DNA from: Synechococcus sp. A15-24
GTDB lineage: Bacteria > Cyanobacteriota > Cyanobacteriia > PCC-6307 > Cyanobiaceae
Direction of reading: 5' to 3'
DNA length: 32,000 bases
Assembly (NCBI RefSeq): GCF_014280195.1
Contig: NZ_CP047960.1
Span: 2,100,001-2,132,000, forward strand
This document shows positions 1 through 10,991 of the stretch, piece after piece. Every line of letters starts with the position of its first letter. The first letter of the stretch is position 1. Both the position numbers and the translations under genes were made by a program. The notes beneath the pieces are model-generated. The model had not been told where the DNA came from and did not search any database. It saw only the letters and a program-made list of their open reading frames with translations.

Positions 1-91
1 GCTGACCGAGGGCAGGGCCCACCGGCGGCGCGGGGTTGGCTTTGCCGGCCTGGAGGGCCAGCTTGATAACAGCGGTGACTTTCTTGGCCAT
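1..91 (-). CDS. rplK: 50S ribosomal protein L11, N-terminal fragment (gene runs off the window start)
   Basis: The reverse complement of 1-91 starts with ATG (91..89) and reads [30 protein letters not shown], the canonical L11 N-terminus. It lies directly downstream of secE-nusG, as in the conserved secE-nusG-rplK cluster. It is absent from the ORF track because the window edge truncates it. Confidence 0.9.
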   Translation of the reverse strand, partial: MAKKVTAVIKLALQAGKANPAPPVGPALGQ

Positions 92-198
92 TGACGAACG
101 GCTTTTGACTTCTGCGGATCACCAGGCCCGTGGGCAGGGTGGGGCAGGGTGAAAATCACCCCTCAGGCCGCCCTCCACAGGGAAGCGGCCGCCCGTAG

Positions 199-867
199 TC
201 AGTTCTGCTTGGAGATCTGAGAGAACTCCAGTTCCACCGGGGTCTCCCGACCAAAGATGGACAACAGGGCCTTGAGCTTGTTGCGTTCGCCGGAGACCTC
301 GATCACCTCACCCTGGAAGTCCTTGAACGGACCAGCGGTCACCAGGATCTGATCGCCTTCGGTGAGATCAACCTTGACGACGGTTTTCTTCTCGGCAGCA
401 CGTTTGAAGATCCGGTCCACCTCGGCGCGGCTGAGGGGGCGTGGCTTGATATGGCCCCGAGCCTTACCGGCGGCGCGCCGGTCTTCCGCCCCAACGAAGT
501 TGATCACGTTCGGTGTGCTGCGGACGGCCATCATCGTGTCCTCATCGAGCACCATCCGCACAAGCACATAGCCGGGGAACACCTTCTCCTCGGTGGACTG
601 ACGGGAACCGTCCTTCTTCACCTTGACCGCAGGGGTCTGCGGAATCTCAATCTCGAGGATGCGCTTGCTCACCCCCAAGGTGATCGCCCGCTGCTCCAGG
701 GTCGCCTTCACCTTTTTCTCGCAGCTGGAGGCCACCTGCACGGCGTACCAACGGGCAATTGCCGTGTTGGCGGACGGCGCATCCGAGAGTGTGCCCTCCT
801 CACCCTCATTCGGGGCCGGCAGGTCGAGCACCTCGGCGGGGTCCGTTGTGGTCAGATCGTCGGGCAC
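199..867 (-). CDS. nusG: Transcription termination/antitermination factor NusG
   Basis: This lies within ORF 199..939. It has the NGN-domain start RWYAVQVASSCEKKVKATLEQR and the KOW motif GDQILVTAGPFKDFQGEVIEV. I place the start at the in-frame GTG 867..865, 19 nt after the secE stop. The ORF-track start at 939 would overlap secE by 53 nt. The start remains uncertain. Confidence 0.88.
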   Translation of the reverse strand: MPDDLTTTDPAEVLDLPAPNEGEEGTLSDAPSANTAIARWYAVQVASSCEKKVKATLEQRAITLGVSKRILEIEIPQTPAVKVKKDGSRQSTEEKVFPGYVLVRMVLDEDTMMAVRSTPNVINFVGAEDRRAAGKARGHIKPRPLSRAEVDRIFKRAAEKKTVVKVDLTEGDQILVTAGPFKDFQGEVIEVSGERNKLKALLSIFGRETPVELEFSQISKQN

Positions 868-886
868 GGCTGAAAAGGGGTGCGGA

Positions 887-1177
887 TCAGCGGAACACCT
901 GGGATGACGCCCATCCGAAGAAGCGACTGACCGCGGCAATGCCGGCGGCCGACAAGCTCACCATCAGAATTACAGCGATCGATTCGCTGAACAGCTGCTG
1001 ACGGCTGGGCCAGACCACAAGCTTGAGTTCGTCGACCGTGGCCGGCAGAAAACCGCGAGGGGCGGCGGGTTCTGCGGGTGTGGCATCAGGACTCTTGGTT
1101 GAGGTGTCCTCGGAAATCGGGCTGGTCACGGAAGGGGGACCGGGTGTTGACAGGGATGCCGGCAGGCACACTGCCAA
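887..1177 (-). CDS. secE: Preprotein translocase subunit SecE
   Basis: The ORF has the C-terminal signature ELKLVVWPSRQQL followed by a single TM segment (IAVILMVSLSAAGIAAV), and it sits immediately upstream of nusG. The start is ambiguous: TTG 1177, GTG 1171 or GTG 1129 are all in frame. Confidence 0.8.
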   Translation of the reverse strand: MAVCLPASLSTPGPPSVTSPISEDTSTKSPDATPAEPAAPRGFLPATVDELKLVVWPSRQQLFSESIAVILMVSLSAAGIAAVSRFFGWASSQVFR

Positions 1178-1203
1178 ACAAACACCTTACTGGATGCCCC
1201 TGC

Positions 1204-3894
1204 TTACTCCAGGGGCTCAAACACCAGCGACGGGCCGTCGTCTGCTCCGCAAATAACACGGATGCCCCGCGCCGAACGGAAACGCTCCTCCAGCAGTTGC
1301 GTCGCCAGTGGGTTTTCCAGCTGACGCCGCAGCACCCGCCGCAACGGTCGGGCGCCGTACTCCGGCTCATGGCCCTGTCGGGCCAGGGAGTCCGCCACCG
1401 CATCGTCCACCTCCAGCGACAGACCTTGTTCAGCCATAAGTGAGGAGAGATCAGCCAACTGCAGGCGCACGATCCGCACCAGATCCTTCACCTCCAAGGG
1501 TCGGAAACGGATCACTTCATCAATGCGATTGAGGAATTCCGGGCGGAACTGACTGGACAAGGCCGCATCCACCTGCTGCTGCAGCTGGGCGTCATCACTG
1601 CAGCCGGAACGGGCGTGTTCAAGGATCACCGGACTGGCCAGGTTGCTAGTCATCACCACCACGGTGTGGCGGAAATCAACGGTCCGTCCCTGGGAATCGG
1701 TGAGGCGTCCATCGTCGAGAACCTGCAACAGCAGATTGAAAACATCCGGGTGAGCCTTTTCCACCTCATCCAGCAGCAGCACGGCATAGGGACGCCTACG
1801 CACCGCCTCGGTGAGCTGTCCCCCCTCCTCGTATCCGACATAGCCCGGTGGTGCACCGATCAGGCGCGCGGAGGCATTGCGCTCCATGAACTCGCTCATA
1901 TCGAGGCGCACCAGCGCCTCCTCCTCATCGAAAAGGGAGGAGGCCAGCGCTTTGGCCAGCTCGGTTTTGCCGACCCCCGTCGGGCCAAGGAACAGGAACG
2001 AACCCACGGGACGGCGGGGATCCTTCATCCCGGCACGCGCCCGCCGGATCGCTGCCGCAACGGCGGCCACCGCTTCCACCTGGCCGATCACCCTCTCGGA
2101 CAGATGACATTCCAGGGCCAGCAGCTTGCGGCGTTCACCCGCCAGCAGACGCTGCACCGGAATACCGGTCCAACGGGCCACCAGATCAGCAATATCTCCC
2201 GCCTCCACCTTTTCCCGCAGCAGCGCTGTACCCGCGGACTGCGCCTCAGCCTGACTGGCTTCCAACGACTCCCGCCGCTGTTGAACGGTGTGCAGCTGGT
2301 CGTACTGCAACCGAGCCGCCTCCTCAAGATCGCCCTCCCGTTCCGCTTCAGCGATGGCGTGACGCAGGTCTTCGTCCTGCTGCAGCAACTCGCCAAGCTC
2401 CTCCAACTGTGTGCGCTCTTCCTGCCAACGGCGGCGCAGGTCATCCAGGCGGGAGGACACCTCCAGACGTTGACGCTGCAGCTGAATCCGCTCCTCTTCC
2501 GGTGCCTGTTCCGCCGCCAGCAGCGCCAGTTCCACCCGCCGCAGATCCGCTTCAGCCTCCTCCACCACCTGAGGTTTGGAGGTGACTTCGATCTTCAGCT
2601 GGGCTGCCGCCTCATCAATCAGATCGATCGCCTTGTCCGGAAGGCAACGGTCGCTGATATAGCGATCCGCAAGCCGATTGGCGGTCTGAATCGCCGCATC
2701 GGTGATCGTGACGCCGTGGTGCAGCTCGTAGCGCTCCCGCAGGCCGCGCAGGATCTCCAGGCTGAGCTCGAGGTCCGGCTCGCGAATCAGCACCTGCTGA
2801 AAGCGCCGGTTGAGGGCGGGATCCTTTTCCACCGTCCGCCGGTATTCCTCCGGCGTCGTCGCCCCGATGCAACGCAGATCCCCCCGCGCCAGGGCAGGTT
2901 TGAGCAGGCTGCCCGCATCGGTGCTGCTGCGGTCACTGCCCACCACGGTGTGGAGCTCGTCGATGAACAGCACCACCCCGGAATCCGAGCGACTCACCTC
3001 CTCCAACACGGAGCGCAGGCGTTCCTCGAACTGACCGCGGAATTTGGCCCCGGCGATCAAGGCACCGAGATCAAGGGCAATCAGTCGCAGCCCCTGCAGC
3101 GAATCCGGTACCTCTCCAGCCACGATCCGCTGGGCCAGGAGCTCGGCGATGGCCGTCTTGCCGACGCCGGGTTCTCCGATCAGCACCGGGTTGTTTTTGC
3201 TGCGGCGGGAGAGCACCTTGATCAGGTTGCGGATCTCGCTGTCGCGACCGATCACAGGATCGAGCGACCCCGCTTCAGCCTCCTCAGTCAGATCCCGGCC
3301 ATAGGCCTCAAGCGCTGACGGCTCCCGCTCCAGTTCAACTGTGGTCTCAGGCTCCGGTGCGATCACGCGGGGGGCCGGAGCTGATCGAGGCGTTGGGGCT
3401 GGGGTCGGGGCTGGGAACGGTGCTGGGGCCGGAGTAACCGACGGCTGACGCAACAGACTCTCCAGCCGATCAACAGCCAGACCCTGGGCTGCAAACAACT
3501 CGGCACCGATACGGGGATCAGCGCCGACGGCAACGATCAGCTGGGGCACATCAATCAAGCGATCGCCCCAGCGACCTCGCGCTTGATCAGCGGTCTCCAA
3601 CAGCTGCTCGAGGTCTTCACCAATGAACAACTGATCACCCCGCGCCGGAGGCTGTTCCGCCAGCACATCCTCCAAGCGATCGAGGAGATCATCGGAGCGC
3701 AACGGCAGCGGATCCACCCAGCGACGGAAGGATGAATCGCTGAACAGCACCTGGATCAGATGCTCCACATCCAGCTGATCGTGGCGCCAGCGACGGGCCA
3801 TGTCCTGACCAGCTAGCAGCAGCTCCCAGGCGGGATCGGAAAAACGGTCAGGCTCGTGGGTGAGGCTGCCGCGGGAGGCGGGGGTGCCGGTCAT
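1204..3894 (-). CDS. clpB: ClpB-family AAA+ chaperone (two nucleotide-binding domains plus coiled-coil middle domain), divergent N-domain paralog
   Basis: 896-aa ORF. NBD1 has Walker [13 protein letters not shown] and Walker [10 protein letters not shown] long charged coiled-coil segment (e.g. [28 protein letters not shown]) sits between the NBDs. NBD2 has Walker [13 protein letters not shown] and Walker [11 protein letters not shown]. The ATG at 3894..3892 overlaps the gloA stop (ATGA). Confidence 0.9.
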   Translation of the reverse strand: MTGTPASRGSLTHEPDRFSDPAWELLLAGQDMARRWRHDQLDVEHLIQVLFSDSSFRRWVDPLPLRSDDLLDRLEDVLAEQPPARGDQLFIGEDLEQLLETADQARGRWGDRLIDVPQLIVAVGADPRIGAELFAAQGLAVDRLESLLRQPSVTPAPAPFPAPTPAPTPRSAPAPRVIAPEPETTVELEREPSALEAYGRDLTEEAEAGSLDPVIGRDSEIRNLIKVLSRRSKNNPVLIGEPGVGKTAIAELLAQRIVAGEVPDSLQGLRLIALDLGALIAGAKFRGQFEERLRSVLEEVSRSDSGVVLFIDELHTVVGSDRSSTDAGSLLKPALARGDLRCIGATTPEEYRRTVEKDPALNRRFQQVLIREPDLELSLEILRGLRERYELHHGVTITDAAIQTANRLADRYISDRCLPDKAIDLIDEAAAQLKIEVTSKPQVVEEAEADLRRVELALLAAEQAPEEERIQLQRQRLEVSSRLDDLRRRWQEERTQLEELGELLQQDEDLRHAIAEAEREGDLEEAARLQYDQLHTVQQRRESLEASQAEAQSAGTALLREKVEAGDIADLVARWTGIPVQRLLAGERRKLLALECHLSERVIGQVEAVAAVAAAIRRARAGMKDPRRPVGSFLFLGPTGVGKTELAKALASSLFDEEEALVRLDMSEFMERNASARLIGAPPGYVGYEEGGQLTEAVRRRPYAVLLLDEVEKAHPDVFNLLLQVLDDGRLTDSQGRTVDFRHTVVVMTSNLASPVILEHARSGCSDDAQLQQQVDAALSSQFRPEFLNRIDEVIRFRPLEVKDLVRIVRLQLADLSSLMAEQGLSLEVDDAVADSLARQGHEPEYGARPLRRVLRRQLENPLATQLLEERFRSARGIRVICGADDGPSLVFEPLE

Positions 3895-4289
3895 GCAGCG
3901 GCGCGGGAGGACATCTCGATCAACTCCACCTTGTAGCCGTCAGGGTCCTCCACGAAAGCAATCACCGTGGAACCATGCTTCATCGGGCCCGGCTCACGCA
4001 CCACCCGGCCGCCCTTGCCGCTGATGGCGGCACAGGTGCTGCGAATGTCTTCCACCCCGAGGGCGATGTGGCCGTAGGCATCCCCCAGCTCGTAGGAGCT
4101 GGTGTCCCAGTTGTGGGTGAGCTCCAGCACCGTCTGCTCCGATTCCGGCCCGTAACCCAGGAAGGCCAGGGTGAAGCGGCCACTGGGGTACTCCTTGCGC
4201 CGCAACAGCTGCATGCCGAGCACATCGGTGTAGAAGGCAATGGACCGGTCCAGATCCCCGACCCGGAGCATGGTGTGGAGCATCCGCAT
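3891..4289 (-). CDS. gloA: Lactoylglutathione lyase (glyoxalase I)
   Basis: The ORF track extends to 4622, but the glyoxalase I sequence begins at ATG 4289..4287: [26 protein letters not shown]...[10 protein letters not shown]...[13 protein letters not shown] (132 aa). The upstream extension has no homology-like content and runs into the eno promoter region. Confidence 0.9.
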   Translation of the reverse strand: MRMLHTMLRVGDLDRSIAFYTDVLGMQLLRRKEYPSGRFTLAFLGYGPESEQTVLELTHNWDTSSYELGDAYGHIALGVEDIRSTCAAISGKGGRVVREPGPMKHGSTVIAFVEDPDGYKVELIEMSSRAAA

Positions 4290-4373
4290 GGGGCGCGGTT
4301 TCCTGACGTGAACGTTCAAGCATTCTGGCCGGGTGCCAACGGTCACAATGCGAGAGCAGGGGGCGACCCATAA

Positions 4374-5693
<1,320 letters not shown>

Positions 5694-5708
5694 TCACCAG
5701 GCCTGTCG

Positions 5709-7361
5709 TCAGCGATTGGAGCCGGGCAGTTGCTCCAGTCGCTGATCACGGCGCATGCGCACTTGCATCTGAAACCAACCCATCCCCACCGGGACTGCAG
5801 CGGCTGCAGGAAGCAGAGCCCAGAGGGGTCGCATACTTGCACCAACAATGGCGGCGGAGAGTGCCAAGCAACCCAGCAGTACCGACTGACCGATCGATTG
5901 CTGCGCCAGGGTCATCCGACGGAACTGGCGATCGGATTCACCCAGGCGCACCTGCAGCTGCAGATCACCCTGCTCCAACCTCTCAAGGCTCTCGTCCAGA
6001 CGACGTGGAAGGGCAGCAGCACGACTGCTCAACGCTCCCACCTGGCGTCCAAGTTCATTGAACAGGTCGTTGGAGCCGGATCCGCTCGACGTCATCAGAG
6101 GAAGGAGGTAAGGCTTGGCGATCGCTACCAAGCTAAAAGCCGGATCGAGGCTGCGGCCGACCCCCTCGAAGGTGGACAGTGCCCGCATCACGAAGATCAG
6201 CTCCACCGGCAGGCGAAACGGCTGGCCGTACACCAGGTCGTAGAGGTCACCGGAGAGCTTGTCGATCACATTGCTGCTGAACGGTGGTGTGAGGGCTTCC
6301 TTAAGCATCAGACGTACCAACCGGCGCACCGGGCCCACATCAATTCCTTTGGAGATCACACCTGCCGCCTGCATCTCATCCACCAGCGCGGCTGAATCGC
6401 GTGCCGCAGCCGCCCTCACCATCGACCCGAGACGACGGCTCAGACCATCCGATAACAACCCCATCATCCCGAAGTCGTAGTAGATGAGAGCGCCATCGCT
6501 GGCCACCGCCAGGTTGCCGGGATGGGGATCAGCGTGAAAGAAACCAAAGCGCACAAGCTGCTTGAGGTAACTGGCAGCCCCGATTTCCGCCACGGCGGAA
6601 GGGTCGACGCCGGCCTCCAGCAGCGCCTCCCGGTCGTTGACCTTGATCCCCGGTAAATAATCCAGACAAAGCACTCGGCGGGTGCTCTGTTCCCAGATCA
6701 CGGCAGGGATGCGAATGCGCTCGTCATCAAGAAACTGCTGACGGAACCGAGCGGCGTATTGCGCTTCGACCCTGAAATCCAGTTCCCGCAACAGCACCCG
6801 GCGGCATTCACGAGCCATCGCAGGCCAGTCCCGTCCTCGCCCCCAGCTGGGGTGGCGCTGAAACACCGCAGCCACCTCCTGCATCACCTCAAGGTCCAGG
6901 CGGAAGAGGGTGTCGAGCCCGGGGCGCTGGATTTTCAGCACCACCTGACGGCCACTGCGCAGGCTGGCGCGGTGCACCTGGGCCAGGGACGCGGCTCCCA
7001 GAGGCACGGGATCGAGGTCGATCACCTCAGCGCAACGGGGGCCGAGCTCCTCCTCCAGCACGGTCTGGACCTGCTCAAACGGGAAAGCGGGCACGCTGTC
7101 CTGCAGGGATGCAAGCTCCGTCACCCAACCGGCGGGAAGAATGTCGGGCCGCGCTGAGAGCAACTGGCCCAACTTGATGAAAGCTGAGCCCAGTTGAAGC
7201 AACTCGGCTGTTAACCAGCGGGCCCGCCGTTGCTGCCGGGCAGAACGGCCTTCCGGGGTGGGTCCACCTCGATAGGTCCAGGCCTGGCTATCCCACCAAA
7301 GGAACAGCAGCAGTGTGAGGACAGCCCGCCAGATGCGCAGCCCCCGCAGCATGCGGCCCAT
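5709..7361 (-). CDS. ABC1/UbiB-family atypical protein kinase
   Basis: 550 aa with FIKLGQLLSARPDILP, LGAASLAQVHRA and the catalytic-loop-like FFHADPHPGNLAV. Hydrophobic segments lie at the C-terminus. The ATG at 7361..7359 shares 1 nt with the stop of the upstream 112-aa gene. Confidence 0.85.
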   Translation of the reverse strand: MGRMLRGLRIWRAVLTLLLFLWWDSQAWTYRGGPTPEGRSARQQRRARWLTAELLQLGSAFIKLGQLLSARPDILPAGWVTELASLQDSVPAFPFEQVQTVLEEELGPRCAEVIDLDPVPLGAASLAQVHRASLRSGRQVVLKIQRPGLDTLFRLDLEVMQEVAAVFQRHPSWGRGRDWPAMARECRRVLLRELDFRVEAQYAARFRQQFLDDERIRIPAVIWEQSTRRVLCLDYLPGIKVNDREALLEAGVDPSAVAEIGAASYLKQLVRFGFFHADPHPGNLAVASDGALIYYDFGMMGLLSDGLSRRLGSMVRAAAARDSAALVDEMQAAGVISKGIDVGPVRRLVRLMLKEALTPPFSSNVIDKLSGDLYDLVYGQPFRLPVELIFVMRALSTFEGVGRSLDPAFSLVAIAKPYLLPLMTSSGSGSNDLFNELGRQVGALSSRAAALPRRLDESLERLEQGDLQLQVRLGESDRQFRRMTLAQQSIGQSVLLGCLALSAAIVGASMRPLWALLPAAAAVPVGMGWFQMQVRMRRDQRLEQLPGSNR

Positions 7362-7699
7362 CAGGAGCGGGCCTCAAGGACGCTGTTGATCTCGGCCACC
7401 GAGGCGCGCAGGCGATCAACCAGGTGCTGAGGAGAGCTCGGCTGGGAATCGGTGGTGATATCAGCGGTCTCGATGCCGGCGCCTGGTGATCGTGGGGCAG
7501 GAGCAGGGGCATCGCCATGTTCCAACCGCTCGGCCTCCGCCTGAACCTCTTCCTGGAATAACTCCCATTCCTGACGGAACCGTTCTGGCGCATCCTGCGC
7601 CAGGACAGCAATCTCTGCTGCCGCATCCGCCAAGCCATGACCCAGGCGGGCGCTGATCCGGTTGACGGTGGCACGGATGAACGCTTCCGAAGACCCCAT
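7361..7699 (-). CDS. Hypothetical protein, 112 aa, acidic/helical
   Basis: The ORF is bracketed tightly by neighbours on the same strand: TGATG overlap with the ABC1 kinase gene, and 50 nt downstream of the 185-aa gene. I recognise no motif. The coding call rests on its position in an operon-like string. Confidence 0.5.
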   Translation of the reverse strand: MGSSEAFIRATVNRISARLGHGLADAAAEIAVLAQDAPERFRQEWELFQEEVQAEAERLEHGDAPAPAPRSPGAGIETADITTDSQPSSPQHLVDRLRASVAEINSVLEARS

Positions 7700-7749
7700 G
7701 AGCGCCTCGAGTACGACGAAACTCTGGCAGATCCGTTGGGTGAACCGAG

Positions 7750-8307
7750 CTACAGAGCAGGTGACGGCAACGGGTCAAGTGGAACGAAGAAATCGTTCTG
7801 ATCAATGGGATTGAACGGGTCAACCGATGGATCCACGATTGGATCGATTAACGCGGCTGGCTCAGACTGAAACTCCTGCGGCCATGGTTGCTCAGGTTCC
7901 GTCCATTTCGGTGCAGTCCAACTGGATTCAGGCAGTGGTGCCTGCAAGGCCAGTTCCTCCTTACGAGCAAGCTCCGCCTGTAGACGTACCTGCTCTTCAA
8001 CCTTGGCTTTGGCCTGACGCTCTGCCTCTACCTTGGCTTCGATTGCGGCAACGTCCACCACCAAGGGTCCTGTTGTGCCCTTCGAGCTGCGCATCGACGC
8101 CAGTGATTCTCCAGGGAACTCGCGGCTAGCGAAGGGTTCCGGCTGGCTTGGAGGTGCGGGGTTGGTCTGCAGGGTGACTAGCCGATGGGTGATGCCGTAG
8201 CCCAGGGAAAAACAACAACCCGCCAACAGAGGCCCAACCCAAAAGCGAGGTCGGCGGGTCTGAGGCGCTGCGACCTTGGCTTCGCTTTGCTCGGATGTGT
8301 GAATCAT
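7750..8307 (-). CDS. Hypothetical membrane-anchored protein, 185 aa (one TM, coiled-coil, Pro/Asp-rich tail)
   Basis: ATG at 8307..8305. It has an N-terminal TM segment FWVGPLLAGCCFSLGYGI, a charged helix AIEAKVEAERQAKAKVEEQVRLQAELARKEELA, and the tail PIVDPSVDPFNPID. It lies 38 nt downstream of argJ on the same strand. Confidence 0.5.
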   Translation of the reverse strand: MIHTSEQSEAKVAAPQTRRPRFWVGPLLAGCCFSLGYGITHRLVTLQTNPAPPSQPEPFASREFPGESLASMRSSKGTTGPLVVDVAAIEAKVEAERQAKAKVEEQVRLQAELARKEELALQAPLPESSWTAPKWTEPEQPWPQEFQSEPAALIDPIVDPSVDPFNPIDQNDFFVPLDPLPSPAL

Positions 8308-8345
8308 GGATCAATTTTTGCAGTCTTCTGCTGTCAGGCCAAGGT

Positions 8346-9548
8346 TCAGGTTGTGTAGTCGGCGTTGATGCGCACGTATTGATCCGACAGGTCGCAGCCC
8401 CAGGCACGGCCTTGACTGGGGCCAGCCCCCAGCCGCAGCCGGATCTGCACGGTGGGCTCACGCAACACGGCACTTGCACCGTCCCGATCAAACGGCAAGG
8501 GCTGACCGCCTTGCACCAATTGATGCGACCCGATCCAAAGTGCAACCTGCTCCGGATCGAACGGAACACCGGAACGCCCAGCGGCAGCGACGATCCGACC
8601 CCAGTTGGGATCACGACCGTGGACTGCTGTTTTCACCAGCGATGACCCGCAGATGGTGCGCGCAACTTTGAGCGCCGACGATTCATCATCTGCACCCACC
8701 ACCTGCACCTCGATCAGACACGTAGCCCCCTCACCATCGCGGGCGATGGACTGGGCCAAGTGCTGCATCGCCTCGGTCAATCCTTGCTCCAAGGCCTCAT
8801 GGTGGGCAGAATCCAAGACGTCTCCTGCGGCAAAGGCCAGCACGGTGTCGTTGGTGCTGGTGTCGCCATCCACGGTGATCGCATTGAAGGAGCGCTGCAC
8901 CGCCCGGCCCACCATCGTCTTCCAAGTCGACAGCTCAACGCCTGCGTCGCAGCTGAAGAAGGCCAGCATCGTGGCCAGATCCGGATGAATCATTCCTGAC
9001 CCTTTGGCCATACCCCCAATGCGGATGCGGCGCCCCCCCAGCTCGGCCTCAAGCGCCACCTGCTTGTCGACGAGATCGGTGGTGAGAATCGCCGTCGCTG
9101 CAGCATCTCCGCCAGTAGCCGACAACGAGGAGACAAGGGGATCCAACCCCGACAACAGCGTCGGCATGGGGATCGGCACGCCTATCACACCGGTGGAGCA
9201 GATCAACACGGCGTCCGCTTCCACCCCCAATTGATCGGCCAGGGCCTGGGTGGCGCGCTGGCTGTCGATCAGGCCGCGATCGCCGGTGCAGGCATTGGCC
9301 TGCCCGGAATTGATCAGCACCGTTCGGGCCCGGCCACCCGTGGATTCCAACCGCTCTTGGCAGAGGTCCACACAGGCTGCCCGCACCACAGAGGTGGTGA
9401 ACGCACCGGCGCAGACCGCAGCCTCAGGCGCCAGCAACAGCGCCAGATCCGGCTTGCCGGACGGTTTCAGGCCCGCAGCGATGCCGGATGCGGCAAACCC
9501 CTGGGGGGTTGTGACACCTCCGGACACCAACCGCCAAGGGGATTGCAT
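8346..9548 (-). CDS. argJ: Bifunctional ornithine acetyltransferase / N-acetylglutamate synthase ArgJ
   Basis: The ORF track extends to 9758, but ArgJ-like sequence starts at ATG 9548..9546 (MQSPWRLVSGGVTTPQGFAASGIAAGLK). The autoprocessing motif ATMLAF is present and the C-terminus is VRINADYTT. The longer form would overlap coaE. Confidence 0.93.
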   Translation of the reverse strand: MQSPWRLVSGGVTTPQGFAASGIAAGLKPSGKPDLALLLAPEAAVCAGAFTTSVVRAACVDLCQERLESTGGRARTVLINSGQANACTGDRGLIDSQRATQALADQLGVEADAVLICSTGVIGVPIPMPTLLSGLDPLVSSLSATGGDAAATAILTTDLVDKQVALEAELGGRRIRIGGMAKGSGMIHPDLATMLAFFSCDAGVELSTWKTMVGRAVQRSFNAITVDGDTSTNDTVLAFAAGDVLDSAHHEALEQGLTEAMQHLAQSIARDGEGATCLIEVQVVGADDESSALKVARTICGSSLVKTAVHGRDPNWGRIVAAAGRSGVPFDPEQVALWIGSHQLVQGGQPLPFDRDGASAVLREPTVQIRLRLGAGPSQGRAWGCDLSDQYVRINADYTT

Positions 9549-9589
9549 GGCACAGCCAAGGGAGACTGGGACCATCCTCCTTCGGCAGC

Positions 9590-10174
9590 ATGCAGCGCCG
9601 CATCGGCCTGACCGGCGGCATCGCCAGTGGTAAAAGCAGCGTTGGCCGTTTGCTCGAGGCGCGGGGCTGGCCCGTGCTCGATGCCGATCAATACGCACGC
9701 GAGGCTTTAGCGCCAAACACTGCGGCAGCGAAGGCGGTGGCGGAGCGCTTTGGCGCAACGGTCGGTAATGCTGCCGATTTGGACCGCAAAGCCCTTGGCC
9801 GGATCGTGTTCAGCGATGCCGAGGAGCGCCGCTGGCTGGAAATGTTGGTCCATCCCGTCGTGCGGAATCGCTTCCAGCAGGAGCTGGTGCGGCACAGCCA
9901 GGCGCCGGTGGTGGTGCTGATGATTCCGCTGCTGTTTGAGACCGGTCTGGAAGCGCTTTGCAGCGAGGTATGGCTGGTGGACTGCGAGCCGCATCAACAG
10001 CTGGACCGCTTGATGCGGCGCAGTGGCCTGAACGAGGCGGACGCCCAAGCCCGCCTTGCCGCCCAGTGGCCCCTTGCGCGCAAGCGGCCTTTGGCCGATC
10101 GGGTGATCGACAACCGCGGCAGTGCGGATGCACTGGAGGTTGCCGTTAACCGTTGCGACCCGCCTTCTCTCTGA
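9590..10174 (+). CDS. coaE: Dephospho-CoA kinase
   Basis: 194 aa, starting MQRRIGLTGGIASGKSSV (P-loop at the extreme N-terminus, as in CoaE). It is divergent from argJ with a 41-nt spacer. Confidence 0.9.
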   Translation: MQRRIGLTGGIASGKSSVGRLLEARGWPVLDADQYAREALAPNTAAAKAVAERFGATVGNAADLDRKALGRIVFSDAEERRWLEMLVHPVVRNRFQQELVRHSQAPVVVLMIPLLFETGLEALCSEVWLVDCEPHQQLDRLMRRSGLNEADAQARLAAQWPLARKRPLADRVIDNRGSADALEVAVNRCDPPSL

Positions 10175-10991
10175 ACCACTTGGTGATCACCCATTTGTTG
10201 CCGGCTTCCACCGGCATCGCTTCATGCAGGGTGAACGGGTTGGGCGTGCCGTCGGCCTGAAGGTTGTTCCAGGCCAGTCCGAGGCCTGGCACCGGCGTGA
10301 AACAGCGGCCGAGGCGCTTGAAGCAGGTTTCGCCGCCGCGCTCAACAGCATTCAGGTAGATCATCACCGTCCAGGTGCGTTGCCCGCCATTGGTGGTGTG
10401 TGTGGTGAATTCTTTGGTGCCCGGGGAGAACCAATCGGTGTGCTCCTTGAAATACTCGCCAGGGTCATAACGCTGCCCCTGGATTGGTTCCGACAGCCGC
10501 GGATCAACGCCCAGCAACTCCGCAAAGCGCTGGTCCAACCGGGCAGCCAGCTCCGGATGGTTCTGCCGCAGATGGCAGGTGCGGCTGGTGCGGTAATCGC
10601 TGCTGCCGCGTGTGACAGTGGACGGTTTAAGAGCACTGTTGATCGCTTCAATCACCTCTTGGCACTCGTCCCTGCCCAGGAGACCGGGCAGCTTGTAGAC
10701 CTGGGCCAGGGGTGTGTCCAGACGCCAGGCTCTGGACTGGTGATCCGAGCGCGTCAGAGGTGGTTCAGACCAGCGCAACCAGTTCAACGGTTTGACCCCT
10801 GGTTGCGACTCAATCGGTAGTGCAGGCGTTGCGTCGGGGCCTGATCCCGCATCGAGAACAGCTTCGATTGCATCGCGATCAAAGCCCTGGGCCATGGCCC
10901 GCTCGATCAATCCCTCCCGAGTACAGCCCCGGTCCAGGTTGTGCTGGAGCCACTCCGTCCAGGTGTCCGGAATGGCTCGCGGTGACGTCAT
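10146..10991 (-). CDS. 2-oxoglutarate/Fe(II)-dependent oxygenase, prolyl 4-hydroxylase-like
   Basis: 281 aa. It has the HxD...H facial triad in FKEHTDWF and FTLHEAMPV, a basic 2OG-binding residue in NKWVITKW, and IYLNAVERGGETCF, which is typical of P4H-type double-stranded beta-helix proteins. No signal peptide is visible. Its 3' end overlaps the coaE 3' end by 29 nt. Confidence 0.8.
   Translation of the reverse strand: MTSPRAIPDTWTEWLQHNLDRGCTREGLIERAMAQGFDRDAIEAVLDAGSGPDATPALPIESQPGVKPLNWLRWSEPPLTRSDHQSRAWRLDTPLAQVYKLPGLLGRDECQEVIEAINSALKPSTVTRGSSDYRTSRTCHLRQNHPELAARLDQRFAELLGVDPRLSEPIQGQRYDPGEYFKEHTDWFSPGTKEFTTHTTNGGQRTWTVMIYLNAVERGGETCFKRLGRCFTPVPGLGLAWNNLQADGTPNPFTLHEAMPVEAGNKWVITKWFREKAGRNG

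Noticed and set aside
92-198. Possible ribosomal-protein leader between nusG and rplK (direct repeat GGGCAGGGT x2 at 132-150; small hairpin GGGTGA-AAA-TCACCC at 147-161)
   Set aside because: The stem is only 6 bp, I could not see an rRNA-mimic motif, and no U-tract is present. This is insufficient to call a regulatory RNA without covariation data.
1615-3318. 567-aa ORF on the plus strand, antisense to clpB
   Set aside because: It lies entirely inside the well-supported clpB gene and is Arg/Gly/Pro/His-rich with no motifs. It is a typical stop-codon-poor shadow frame in high-GC DNA. The same reasoning applies to 4947..5612(-), 5730..6395(+), 10122..10820(+), 11312..11974(+), 12008..12550(+), 22765..23298(-) and 30806..31963(+).
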